A DNA stretch of 64,000 nucleotides, taken from IMG/VR virus record IMGVR_UViG_3300045988_180399; one strand, 5' to 3'. This stretch comes from a virus. Positions 10,106-19,664 of the stretch are shown here, piece by piece (position 1 is the stretch's first letter; each line of letters begins with the position of its first letter). The notes under the pieces were generated by a model. That model saw only the letters and a list, made by a program, of their open reading frames with translations, did no database searches and was not told where the DNA came from. A program made the position numbers and the translations under genes.

Positions 10106-12382
10106 GTGACCATGACTCAACAACAGCAGAATCTGATTCGCAGACTGAAAATCGCATTGTTGGTAGTCCTCATATTGTCTATTTACATGACGGGGATTGT
10201 TCTCAGCATTTCCGTAGTGAAGTCCACGCTCAACCCGTTCCGTTTGATTCGCCTCTTCGGTGAGTACGGCTTTCCGTGGAAAATGTTCCTTGGCTGTTTT
10301 CTTTTCATCGGTATTGCCATTTCCATCCTGATGGCATACTCCGTTTCCGAGGAAGCGGGTGTCGATAAGATGGGTCGCTTGTTTTCCATGGCGATTGGCC
10401 GCAAGACATACGGAGAAGCGCACTTTGAGGACCCGAAAGAATACGAGGATGTCGCTATCATCCAGCATGAGCCGCAGGCAGTTGGCACTATCCTCGGACA
10501 ACTGGACGAGACAGGCCGCTACCCCATTGTATTCCGAGAGGATAAGATGAACCGTGCGAACCGGCACATTGCCGTCATCGGCGCGTCAGGCTGCGGCAAG
10601 ACCTATACCTTTACAAAGAACTACGCTTTCCAGGCGGTAAAGCGCCGGGAGTCCCTGATATTCACAGACCCGGACGGCGGCCTTTACGCAGATATGGCAA
10701 GGTACTTCATGGACAACGGATATGTCGTGCGACGCTTCGACCTGCACAATATCAGCAAGAGTGACGGCTGGAATTGCATGGACTCGCTTTTGGCAGACCC
10801 AGAACGTATTGGCGAAAATGCAGAGATTTTTGCAAATGTTATCATTTCCAACGCCGGAGGGAGTGCCGGCATTTACGAGAGCGGACCGAAATCTCTTCTG
10901 AAGGCGCTCCTTCTGCGCGTTGCGCTTGGACATGACTACCCGCCTGAGAAGAAAAATATCAACTCTGTCCATCAGATGCTCAAGAACCCAGGGGGAGAGG
11001 CTTATCTGGATATGATGTTTGACCCGGACAGTCTTACGCCGGAGGAACAGCCCTGCGTCGGGCCGTACATGACCTTCAAGCAGTCCTCACCGAATCTTCG
11101 CGGCAACCTCATTGTGAACCTTGCGGCAGATATCGGGGTTATGGATGACGCAAAAGTGCGGACGCTGCTCTCCACCCCCTGCATTGATATGTCTCTTCCC
11201 GGAAAGCAGCCTTGCGCTTATTTCTGCATTTTCCCTGACAGCCATGACACCTACAAATTCATCGTGTCCCTGTTCTTCTCCATGCTGTTCATTACCCTTA
11301 TCAACGACGCGGATAATAACGGCAAGGACCGTATGCTCGATGTCCCTGTTGATTTCCTGCTGGACGAGTTTCCGTCCATCGGTACGATTCCGGATTTTGA
11401 CCGAAAAATGGCGACGATTCGAAAGCGTGCCATGAATGTCTGCATGATATTTCAAGACATCACCCAGCTTCAGAACAACTACCAGACAACCTGGGCAACC
11501 CTCCTGAGTAACTGCTCGACATTAGTGAGCCTTGGTATCAACGACGAATTTACCGCGAAAATGGTGTCCTCTCGTATCGGTGATACGACCGTAAACGTCC
11601 GGACCAACCAGCATAAGGCGATGGAAACGCTGCTGAAAAACAACGAGTTTCTTCACAACTGGTCATCTGGTGAAGGTAAGCGTGCGCTGGTGGGGCTGGA
11701 TGAAGCATTTAAGATGGGGAAGAACGACAGCATCATTATCTTTCAGGGGCATAACCCTATACTTGCGAAAAAATACCCCCACACGCTCCATACGGACGCC
11801 AAGAAACTCAGCAATTTTGATTTCCGTGAAATCCCACCCATCACCGACAAAGAGGGGCGAGAGCTGTTTTATCAGCGTCAGCAAAATATTCTGGACGCTT
11901 TCAATATCACGCATCCGCACATCAACGAGGTAGACCGTTCGTACACGGGGATGTGCAACTCGATACCAGTACAAAGCATTTGGGAAGAGAGCAAGGATGC
12001 CGTTATTGCATACGTCAAGGAGATAAATAAGAAAGGCTCCGATGACGATGTGATAGAGGTCGAGGACTGCGGTGATGAATACATCGAGGTAGACGAGACA
12101 GACGAGGAGCAGGCGGTCGAACCTTCAGCACCACCTGCACAGCAGGAGCCGGTACTGTCCGTTGACGCAAAGCCGAACGCAGATATCGACTTGGAAAGCG
12201 CAGGGGACGAAACAGAACCGCAGCAGGAAGTCATAAGCAAGCCGAAGGAAGCCCCCACGCCTGCCGAAGCAAAAGAGGTAGCGCAGGGTGGGAAGCGCCC
12301 AGCACCGCCGAAGCGCAGCTTTAGTTCTACGCCGACTACAGGGAAACCGAGAATGTCGGGGAAGCTGCCGGGGATGCGGTAA
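10106..12382 (+). CDS. VirD4/TraG-family type IV coupling protein (T4CP)
   Basis: 758 aa; N-terminal TM helices, Walker A GASGCGKT, TraG/TraD-like core, acidic disordered C-terminus. Confidence 0.75.
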   Translation: MTMTQQQQNLIRRLKIALLVVLILSIYMTGIVLSISVVKSTLNPFRLIRLFGEYGFPWKMFLGCFLFIGIAISILMAYSVSEEAGVDKMGRLFSMAIGRKTYGEAHFEDPKEYEDVAIIQHEPQAVGTILGQLDETGRYPIVFREDKMNRANRHIAVIGASGCGKTYTFTKNYAFQAVKRRESLIFTDPDGGLYADMARYFMDNGYVVRRFDLHNISKSDGWNCMDSLLADPERIGENAEIFANVIISNAGGSAGIYESGPKSLLKALLLRVALGHDYPPEKKNINSVHQMLKNPGGEAYLDMMFDPDSLTPEEQPCVGPYMTFKQSSPNLRGNLIVNLAADIGVMDDAKVRTLLSTPCIDMSLPGKQPCAYFCIFPDSHDTYKFIVSLFFSMLFITLINDADNNGKDRMLDVPVDFLLDEFPSIGTIPDFDRKMATIRKRAMNVCMIFQDITQLQNNYQTTWATLLSNCSTLVSLGINDEFTAKMVSSRIGDTTVNVRTNQHKAMETLLKNNEFLHNWSSGEGKRALVGLDEAFKMGKNDSIIIFQGHNPILAKKYPHTLHTDAKKLSNFDFREIPPITDKEGRELFYQRQQNILDAFNITHPHINEVDRSYTGMCNSIPVQSIWEESKDAVIAYVKEINKKGSDDDVIEVEDCGDEYIEVDETDEEQAVEPSAPPAQQEPVLSVDAKPNADIDLESAGDETEPQQEVISKPKEAPTPAEAKEVAQGGKRPAPPKRSFSSTPTTGKPRMSGKLPGMR

Positions 12383-12399
12383 TATCAGCACAGGCCACA

Positions 12400-12432
12400 G
12401 GCACGCCAGCATTTCGTTGGCGTGCCTTTTTG
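12400..12432 (+). terminator. rho-independent terminator
   Basis: GGCACGCC ...loop... GGCGTGCC + TTTTT. Confidence 0.65.
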
Positions 12433-12469
12433 CTTGCGCCGTTGTATGTAATCTCACCTCATTCGTTAC

Positions 12470-12498
12470 TTTACAAATAAGATAAAGTGTGGTATAAT
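12470..12498 (+). promoter_or_regulatory. sigma-A type promoter (TTTACA-N17-extended -10 TGTGGTATAAT)
   Basis: -35 TTTACA 12470-12475, -10 TATAAT 12493-12498 with TGTGG extension; upstream of signal peptidase gene. Confidence 0.6.
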
Positions 12499-12515
12499 AT
12501 AGACATAGAGAAGAG

Positions 12516-13046
12516 GTGATTCCAATGAAAGAACGAAATCTCACCAACCGCACTGTATGGAGCCGTGAAGTGCTCAAGGGTTCCCTGGAGGGGCTTATTA
12601 TCGCTCTCCTTTTGTTCCGAATCCTGTTCAATGTTGTTGTGGTGTCCGGCCCTTCTATGGTGCCGACGCTTGCGGACAATAGTGTGATTCTGACAAATCA
12701 CATTAAGCCGAATCTGGAGTTTGAGAGCATTGTTGTTTGCAATTCGAGCGGTCTGGATGAAAATATCGTTAAGCGTATTATTGGTTGCCCCGGTGATACC
12801 ATCGACATTGATTTCGAACAGGGGGTGGTCTATCGAAACGGAATCGCGCTGAGTGAACCGTACACGAATACCCCGACCAACATCGAATATGACGATGGTA
12901 TATCGTTTCCTCTCACCGTGGAGGATGGCTATTACTTTGTGCTGGGGGATAATCGAAACAACAGCCTTGACAGCCGCAGTTCCATTGTCGGATTGATTCT
13001 GAGAACGGACATCGAATCGTCCTATGTACTCACTATCATCGGGTAA
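12516..13046 (+). CDS. signal peptidase I (S26 family), TraF-like candidate pilin-processing peptidase
   Basis: 176 aa; catalytic Ser box SGPSMVPTL, Lys box VKRIIGCPGD, GDNRNNSLDSR box; size matches plasmid TraF-type peptidases. Confidence 0.75.
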   Translation: MIPMKERNLTNRTVWSREVLKGSLEGLIIALLLFRILFNVVVVSGPSMVPTLADNSVILTNHIKPNLEFESIVVCNSSGLDENIVKRIIGCPGDTIDIDFEQGVVYRNGIALSEPYTNTPTNIEYDDGISFPLTVEDGYYFVLGDNRNNSLDSRSSIVGLILRTDIESSYVLTIIG

Positions 13047-13066
13047 TCATTGAAAAGCAAGTAGAA

Positions 13067-13107
13067 GGCCTATGAGCGGGATTCCGTTCATAGGCCTTTT
13101 GCTTTTG
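13067..13107 (+). terminator. rho-independent terminator
   Basis: GGCCTATGAGCGG...CCGTTCATAGGCC + TTTT. Confidence 0.65.
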
Positions 13108-13203
13108 AAAATCTGCGAAAAAATTGACTTTTGAACGAAAGGTTGTAATAATAAAAGTGTAGGGTATTAAGATGCCCTAAATCATGCAAAGGAGGCAATA
13201 GCA

Positions 13204-14457
13204 ATGGTCAAAAAAGATGGAGCAACTGCTTCAATCGAGGAAAACGCTGAAGTGCAGGCTCCCACTGAGGAACAGAGCAACGTCCAATCCTCCACCGCAG
13301 AGAGCGTTGAAACGCAGGCCACCAATGAAGAGGACGCAGAGATGCAGGCACTCTTTGAAGGGCTTGATGGAAACGAACCTGAGCAGTCCGGCGCGGAGGA
13401 AACCGCTCCCAATGGGAAGCCTACCCGTGCTGATGTACTGAGGGAGGCAAGGCGGCGGAGAGCGGAAAGAAGTGAGTCTGTCCGTGCCTATCAGGAGTTT
13501 CTTATCGGACTTTCTTCATTGACGGTCGCAGCTAAAAACCACAGCATCGTAAACGGTCTCGTCTCTCATATTGAGCAGCGAAACGATGTGGATTCGGAAG
13601 TTCCCTGTGTCATGATTATCGCGCTCGTAGAGGGCCGCTACAAGGTTTCCATTCCCTTTGACGAGTTCTATCAGAAGAATCCCATTGATATGGCGACGGT
13701 AAATATGGAAACTAAGGCCGGTCGTGAAGAGTACGTCAACCGCTGCGCTACGATGGCGGCAAAGCTGTATTCCCTGAATGTGCCGATGGTGATTACGACT
13801 ATCCAGGTCGATGAAAGCACCGATGCTGAAGCCGGAGTTCCGGCTTATGTCATTGTCGCGTCCCGTAAGGCTGCGCTCGACATTATTGAGGAGGCAAATT
13901 ACGGAGACCGACCTGATGGTGATGGCCCGCGCATTCAGGAAGGCGATTTTGTTCGTGCTCAGATTACCTCTGTGGCACGCGACAGCATTGCCGTTGTGGT
14001 TGGCGGAGTCGATACGCGGGTGCCGCTCCACGCCCTGACTTTCGAGTACCTTGTTGACGCGAGAACCAAATACAAGGTGGGGCAGGAAATTATGGTTCAG
14101 GTAGAGCAAATCATCAAAGAGAAAGACGGCCACCACATCGTCGAGGTGAACTGTAAGCAGCCTGAGTTGGAGCGTGCGAAGCAAATGCGCAGTGCTCTTC
14201 CAATCGGCTCCATCGTGTTTGGCATCGTATCTTCCGTGGCTGCGAGTAAGAAGCAGCCTGGGAATATCAATGTGTTGGCGTATATCAAGATGTACGATTT
14301 ACCCGTACTCGTGAACAATATGCCTGCGAAATTCCTTGGGAGCGAGCCTCCGCGTGGTTCGACCGTCCGGCTGAAGGTTCTTAATTATTTGGACAACGGG
14401 ATGATTCTGTGTCGGTGCATCGGCACCCAAGGCCCCATGAATTTCCCCAACGCCTGA
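13204..14457 (+). CDS. hypothetical protein with S1/OB-fold-like repeats
   Basis: 417 aa; acidic N-terminus; segments GDFVRAQITSVARDSIAVVVGGVDTRVPLHAL and GSIVFGIVSSV... resemble S1 domains. Confidence 0.4.
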   Translation: MVKKDGATASIEENAEVQAPTEEQSNVQSSTAESVETQATNEEDAEMQALFEGLDGNEPEQSGAEETAPNGKPTRADVLREARRRRAERSESVRAYQEFLIGLSSLTVAAKNHSIVNGLVSHIEQRNDVDSEVPCVMIIALVEGRYKVSIPFDEFYQKNPIDMATVNMETKAGREEYVNRCATMAAKLYSLNVPMVITTIQVDESTDAEAGVPAYVIVASRKAALDIIEEANYGDRPDGDGPRIQEGDFVRAQITSVARDSIAVVVGGVDTRVPLHALTFEYLVDARTKYKVGQEIMVQVEQIIKEKDGHHIVEVNCKQPELERAKQMRSALPIGSIVFGIVSSVAASKKQPGNINVLAYIKMYDLPVLVNNMPAKFLGSEPPRGSTVRLKVLNYLDNGMILCRCIGTQGPMNFPNA

Positions 14458-14470
14458 CGACCGTTTCGGT

Positions 14471-14512
14471 GCGGCTCCCCTCCACTCGGAGTCGGAGCCG
14501 CGCTTTTCTTTG
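14471..14512 (+). terminator. rho-independent terminator
   Basis: GCGGCTCC...GGAGCCGC + TTTTCTTTG. Confidence 0.55.
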
Positions 14513-14545
14513 AAACGGCTTTTTTGAAAGGAGGCTTGCATTCTC

Positions 14546-15418
14546 GTGAGCGATAAGCGTAACGAGGACTTGAAACAGTTCATTATTCCAGAAAATTTTA
14601 TGGGAGAATCCAGACTATTTCAAGGGCAGTTAAAGACACGCAATGTAGTGGAAGGAGGATTGATTTCGGGGGTATTGGCAATTTTCTTTTGGAATGTCAT
14701 TTCAGTTCCTATCACCACAAAAATATCCCTGGTCATATTCCTTTCCGCACCACTTGGCCTGCTTGGCTTGTTTGGAGTGAACGGCGACCCGCTGTCCACC
14801 TTTATCAAGATTTTCTTTTCATGGCGAAGAAAACGGGGGCTGATGCTGTTCAACAACGAAGCACGAGCGTTGAAGGAAGCCCCCATTAAGCTCATGATGT
14901 CGGAAGATGGCATGGGCGACAAACTCAGGGATTTTCTGGATGCCAGAAAGGAAAAGAAGGCCGCCGAACGGGCGAGTCAGGAGATGGTTGAAGGCAAAAC
15001 ATTCGAGTTTGCACCTGACAGTTCACTTGAGGGCAACTACATTGATGAAGATGACGATGGCGATGGAACGCCGAGCGGCAGCGCCGGCAATCGCCATAAA
15101 ACAAAGCACAACCAATCCTTCGTTGAAGTGGAAGTCCTGGAAGAGGATGACGATACCTCGTTGGAACTGGACGGATTTACGGAGGATATCGACAGCAGCA
15201 CTGTTGAGGAATCTGGCCCGCCGTTGCCGGATTTGGGCGGGGCCGACGATGTGGAATTGAGCAACGATGACACCAACGAGATGCCTGACGCCGAGGAACC
15301 TGACGATAATCCCCCCGCGTGTGAAACGCAACTGGAGCCTGCGGCAGAGGATGATTCTGACGCCGAAGGCGACGCGGATGGGGAAGATGAAGAACTTGAC
15401 GAGGAGGATTTGTTTTAA
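14546..15418 (+). CDS. TcpE/VirB3-like small membrane T4SS protein with long acidic C-terminal tail
   Basis: 290 aa, GTG start after GGAGG; two adjacent TM helices near N-terminus; stop overlaps VirB4 start (TAATG). Confidence 0.5.
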   Translation: MSDKRNEDLKQFIIPENFMGESRLFQGQLKTRNVVEGGLISGVLAIFFWNVISVPITTKISLVIFLSAPLGLLGLFGVNGDPLSTFIKIFFSWRRKRGLMLFNNEARALKEAPIKLMMSEDGMGDKLRDFLDARKEKKAAERASQEMVEGKTFEFAPDSSLEGNYIDEDDDGDGTPSGSAGNRHKTKHNQSFVEVEVLEEDDDTSLELDGFTEDIDSSTVEESGPPLPDLGGADDVELSNDDTNEMPDAEEPDDNPPACETQLEPAAEDDSDAEGDADGEDEELDEEDLF

Positions 15419-17910
15419 TGTCCAGAAAACTGAAACAGGTGATAAGCTGCCAATCTTTCTCGCCCATAAGTGATGTCCGTGACGGCATCATCGTCACGAA
15501 AGACGGGAAATTTGTGAAGTTGATGGAGTTCTCTCCCATTAACTACGGCTTACGGTCGAACGAGGATAAGAACATGATTACGGCACAATATGCGGCCGCA
15601 ATCCGCTCGTTTCCAAGCGTTGTCCAAATCAAAGTTCTGTCCAATCGAGCAAATGTCGAACACTATATTTCCGGCATGGTGGAAAGCGTGCGCCATGAAA
15701 AGAATGAAGGAACCCGTGAACTGATGCGGGAGCAAATCGACATGATGTCAGAATTTGGCGCATCGCAAGGCGTATCCCGTCGCTTCTTTCTCGCATTCCA
15801 GTACGAGGAAGAAGAGGGATTCGCACATCGTTCACCATCATGGAATGAAATCAGAAGCACCATTACGAGACAGGAGGACGCCATCAGAAGCAACCTTCGG
15901 GCCTGCGGCAACATTATGATTTCAAGGCCTCACGATGACGTCTATGTGCTTTCCACGCTTTACGATATCATGTCCAGAGCACAGAGCGCGAACCACCCGT
16001 TTGACGAGAGAATGGCGGATGTTGTTGCCCGATATACGGCGGCAAACATCGACTTCACGCGAGATAGCGCGGCGCATCTTCCTGTCAATGATGTGCTTGC
16101 TCCGTACTGCATTGATACGGAGTCAAGTCCCCGATATATCATCGTGGATGGCATCTACTATATGTGCTGCTATCTTCCGAGCAATGCCTATCCTGTGCGC
16201 GTTCTTGGCGGCTGGATGCAGCTGCTGGCAGGGCTGGGAGAGGGGATTGATGTGGATGTTTGGCTTCAGAAGATTTCACCGGAGAAGATTCAAACGGCAC
16301 TGCATCATGGCCTGCGGTTCAATGCAATGCGCTTCCGCAACACAGAAACCACCAGTAGCGACTACGATGATGTGAAGGCTGCGGTGGACGCAGGATACTA
16401 TCTGAAAAGCTCTCTCGCGGCCGGCGACGAATTTGCCTATATGTCTACAATGCTCACTATTACAGGTGAAAGCGAGCGAGAAATTGACTACAAATTCAAG
16501 GAAATCCGGCGCATTTTCATTGAGAGAGAATTGACTCTGAAGCCTTGTACTTTCCAGCAAGCGGAAGCGTTTCGCTCCACCATTCCCGTATGTGAGTATG
16601 ACAAAAACCTATTCCGTAAGAGCCGCAGAAATATTCTGTGTTCCGATTTTGCGTCCACCTATATGTTCACATCTTCCGAGCTGTGCGATAAGGACGGCGT
16701 GATGCTGGGCGTGGATGATGTGTTCAAATCACCGGTTCTGGTCAACTTCTTCGACCGCCAGCAATACATCAATGCCAACATCAATATTGTCGGCTCCTCT
16801 GGCTCCGGTAAGACCTTCACCACGCAGGTTCTGGCATTGAGAATGCGGGAGAAGGGGGTTCAAACCTTCATTATCGCGCCGCTGAAAGGCAAGGAGTTCC
16901 TGCCGCTTTGCGAGAAGGTCGGGGGTAGTTTCATTGAAATCAAACCTGGCTCCGGACAGAATATCAATATCATGGAGATACGCAAGAAGGAAGAGGGTAA
17001 CGTCTACGATGACGATGGTGCGTTGGTCACTTCCGGCTCGATTTTGGCACAGAAAATCCAGCAACTTCTCATTTTCTTTAAGCTGATTATCCCGGACATG
17101 ACGCCAGAAGAGGTGCAGTATGTGGATGACGCGCTGCTGAAAACTTACGGCAATTTCGGAATTACCCATAAGAACAAGAGCCTGTTGGACCCCAACGACA
17201 AGAAGAAATACCGCAAAATGCCTATCCTTTCGGACGTATATTCCGAGCTGGAAAAGATGGGCGCACCAGCAAATCGTTTGTGCCGTTTGCTGACGCGATA
17301 CACCACAGGTTCTGCATCTTCGTTCAACGCGCAAACCAATGTGAACCTTAACAACAAGTTCGTAGTGCTGGATGTTTCCGATGCGCAGAAAGACTTTCTT
17401 CCTGTGGCTATGTTCCTTGCATTGGATTATGTTTGGGATAAATGCAAAGAAAATCGGAACGTCAACAAGTGTGTTTTCATTGACGAGACTTGGCGCTTGG
17501 TCTGCTCCGATGCACCTATCGAAGCCGCCAATTTCGTGGTCGAAATCTTCCGTACTATCCGAGGCTTCGGCGGAAGTGCCGTCGCTGCCACGCAGAATAT
17601 CGCAGACTTCTTCTCTGCGGGAATTGGCACCGCCATCATCGGAAACGCCAAAATCAAAATGATTTTGCGCAGCGAAAAAGAGGAAGCAAACGCGATTGCG
17701 GATGCGATTGGTCTGACCGACGAAGAACTCAAGCGTGTAAAAACCATGGACCGTGGAACCTGTCTCCTGACCGCAAATGAGAACCACATTTTCATCAATG
17801 TTAAGGCGACGGATACGGAAGAATACCTGATAACGACTGACCCCAAAGCAAGAGCCGCTGCGAAGCGCCGAATTGAGCAGAAGCGTACTTGCGCTGCCTT
17901 CAGGCGCTGA
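15418..17910 (+). CDS. VirB4/TcpF/PrgJ-family conjugal transfer ATPase
   Basis: 830 aa; Walker A GSSGSGKT, Walker B-like VFIDETW, CagE/TrbE/VirB4 architecture. Confidence 0.8.
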   Translation: MSRKLKQVISCQSFSPISDVRDGIIVTKDGKFVKLMEFSPINYGLRSNEDKNMITAQYAAAIRSFPSVVQIKVLSNRANVEHYISGMVESVRHEKNEGTRELMREQIDMMSEFGASQGVSRRFFLAFQYEEEEGFAHRSPSWNEIRSTITRQEDAIRSNLRACGNIMISRPHDDVYVLSTLYDIMSRAQSANHPFDERMADVVARYTAANIDFTRDSAAHLPVNDVLAPYCIDTESSPRYIIVDGIYYMCCYLPSNAYPVRVLGGWMQLLAGLGEGIDVDVWLQKISPEKIQTALHHGLRFNAMRFRNTETTSSDYDDVKAAVDAGYYLKSSLAAGDEFAYMSTMLTITGESEREIDYKFKEIRRIFIERELTLKPCTFQQAEAFRSTIPVCEYDKNLFRKSRRNILCSDFASTYMFTSSELCDKDGVMLGVDDVFKSPVLVNFFDRQQYINANINIVGSSGSGKTFTTQVLALRMREKGVQTFIIAPLKGKEFLPLCEKVGGSFIEIKPGSGQNINIMEIRKKEEGNVYDDDGALVTSGSILAQKIQQLLIFFKLIIPDMTPEEVQYVDDALLKTYGNFGITHKNKSLLDPNDKKKYRKMPILSDVYSELEKMGAPANRLCRLLTRYTTGSASSFNAQTNVNLNNKFVVLDVSDAQKDFLPVAMFLALDYVWDKCKENRNVNKCVFIDETWRLVCSDAPIEAANFVVEIFRTIRGFGGSAVAATQNIADFFSAGIGTAIIGNAKIKMILRSEKEEANAIADAIGLTDEELKRVKTMDRGTCLLTANENHIFINVKATDTEEYLITTDPKARAAAKRRIEQKRTCAAFRR

Positions 17911-17940
17911 TTTCAGGGAAAAAAACTATTTACAAGAGAG

Positions 17941-18561
17941 GTGCTGACTATGTTATATGAAGCTCCTGTTGACAATTTGAAATGTCTCATGAGGTCATGT
18001 ACTGTGCTGAGTCGAAGCGGGTTGTATCGCTTTTTCTCTTCGCAGCTTACGCAAGCGCAGGTTGATTTTCTTATCAATGCGCTGGCAAGCCAACGAGTCC
18101 TTGACATCGACGAACAGGACTACGAGCTTATTTGGTTTCACCGGATGGGCCTGAAAACATCGAGGCTGAGACCGGAATATGTGAAGGCGAAAATCCGTGC
18201 GTTTTGGGTGATTGCCCGTGTCGGATGCGACGCTATTCTGGATGTAACCTCGTTGGACCATCCGATGCAGTTCTCCTTCATCGCGAACACGTTGGACGAG
18301 AACGGTGAAGAGCGGTATATTCCGTATGATATTGCCGTCTGCAACACCGTTGACATCGCAAAGACTGTTGTTTACAAGCGAAGCAAATGCGAACGGAGCG
18401 CCATTGAGGAGGAGGCTACGCACATCGCACTGGTAAATAATAAGGAAACCGGCGAGGCAATTATGAAAGAATGCCTGGACGAAAATAGCCGCCTTTACCG
18501 TGGGTTTGACTGTTTCTGTACGCTGGATAATAACAATATTCCGAGGTATGTCTCATGGTGA
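17941..18561 (+). CDS. hypothetical protein
   Basis: 206 aa ORF with RBS; overlaps next ORF start by 7 nt (coupling). Confidence 0.4.
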   Translation: MLTMLYEAPVDNLKCLMRSCTVLSRSGLYRFFSSQLTQAQVDFLINALASQRVLDIDEQDYELIWFHRMGLKTSRLRPEYVKAKIRAFWVIARVGCDAILDVTSLDHPMQFSFIANTLDENGEERYIPYDIAVCNTVDIAKTVVYKRSKCERSAIEEEATHIALVNNKETGEAIMKECLDENSRLYRGFDCFCTLDNNNIPRYVSW

Positions 18562-19373
18562 ATTCAACTTTGCCGGATGAAGAATTCGTGTTGACGCTCA
18601 TGCAAATCGACGAGGCAAAGTCCGTGGCAGAGGAAGTTGCAGAGGAAGCAAATGCGCTGAATAACCTTGCAGGAAGTGTGTTGAAACTGTCTGAAAAAGT
18701 GGAGCACGACCATGGCTTTCTTGAACGTGAAGCAAATCAAATTGACGCGCAGAAAATTGTGAAGTCCTTCTACGTTTCAGGACTCGTCCACACGCACTCG
18801 CTGTATCAGGCAATCATCGCGCCGAATACCGCAGGCGGACTCCTTTCGCAAGCAGCTGTTCAGAGGGAAAACTATCTTGCATTTGGCGCTGAAATCGAGG
18901 GAATCCGCACTTTCCTCTCGGAGGGAAAGCTGCTAATAAAGTTGCCGATGTTGCCTGTCATTTGGAGCCGAAGCTACGCACTTACACATATCGAAAAGGC
19001 CTCTGCTTTGAAGCGGTTCTTCTCCTTTTTTACGCAGTCTTTGCACGAGAGTCTGATGCTTCTTGACAACGAAATTCCCCCGTTCCCAAGTCAAAGCATC
19101 AACTATATTTTTGTGTTTCCTTGCTCGGAAAATATCGTTGTTGATTGCGATAACTTCGACACAAAAGCAATCACAGACACCATTTGCCTGCATACTTTTT
19201 GCGATGACTCCGCAGAAAAAACCAGCTTTCACATGACGGGTTTTCGCTCTGATGATGTTCCACGAGGAACCTACATTTGCGTCTGTCCAGACAAATTTTC
19301 GGCCGCAAATCCGCACGAAATCATTCAAATTTTCCATCAGAATTTTGCTGATTCACCGGCAAAAAACGGCTGA
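18555..19373 (+). CDS. hypothetical protein
   Basis: 272 aa ORF. Confidence 0.4.
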   Translation: MVNSTLPDEEFVLTLMQIDEAKSVAEEVAEEANALNNLAGSVLKLSEKVEHDHGFLEREANQIDAQKIVKSFYVSGLVHTHSLYQAIIAPNTAGGLLSQAAVQRENYLAFGAEIEGIRTFLSEGKLLIKLPMLPVIWSRSYALTHIEKASALKRFFSFFTQSLHESLMLLDNEIPPFPSQSINYIFVFPCSENIVVDCDNFDTKAITDTICLHTFCDDSAEKTSFHMTGFRSDDVPRGTYICVCPDKFSAANPHEIIQIFHQNFADSPAKNG

Positions 19374-19664
19374 AAAAACACACAAAAAAACCGACATTCG
19401 AAAAAACGATTTATTTGTATACAAAAAAGCTGTAAAAACCGTGATTTTGCAAAGGCTTCGAAGCACGGTCAGCGGAATTTTCCGTCATGCTCAGGAGTCA
19501 GCGGAGAAAGCAATCATTTTTTGGACTTTTGAGCCATCTGCCGCCATCTTGGTAACTGCCAGGGAAATCAGGCGCTTATTTCCGCATAGGCAGAGGTCGA
19601 TAACAGCCGCCGAACGGCTCGGTAAAAGAGCCTGTAAAAGAATGAAAGAGAGGAGGTCTCAAAG

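Noticed and set aside
16729-17787. 352-aa minus-strand ORF inside VirB4; also 1986..3332(-), 24476..25573(-), 41279..42541(-), 55823..56740(-), 56780..57961(-)
   Set aside because: All lie antisense within confidently assigned + strand genes (primase, flotillin, cassette genes, RecD2-like helicase) and lack translation signals. They are treated as spurious.
19374-19664. Possible small ORF 19252..19677 (141 aa) spanning the A-rich intergenic region
   Set aside because: It has a low-complexity K/R-rich translation and no RBS, and it overlaps the end of 18555..19373. The region looks non-coding, with promoter or origin-like A-tracts.
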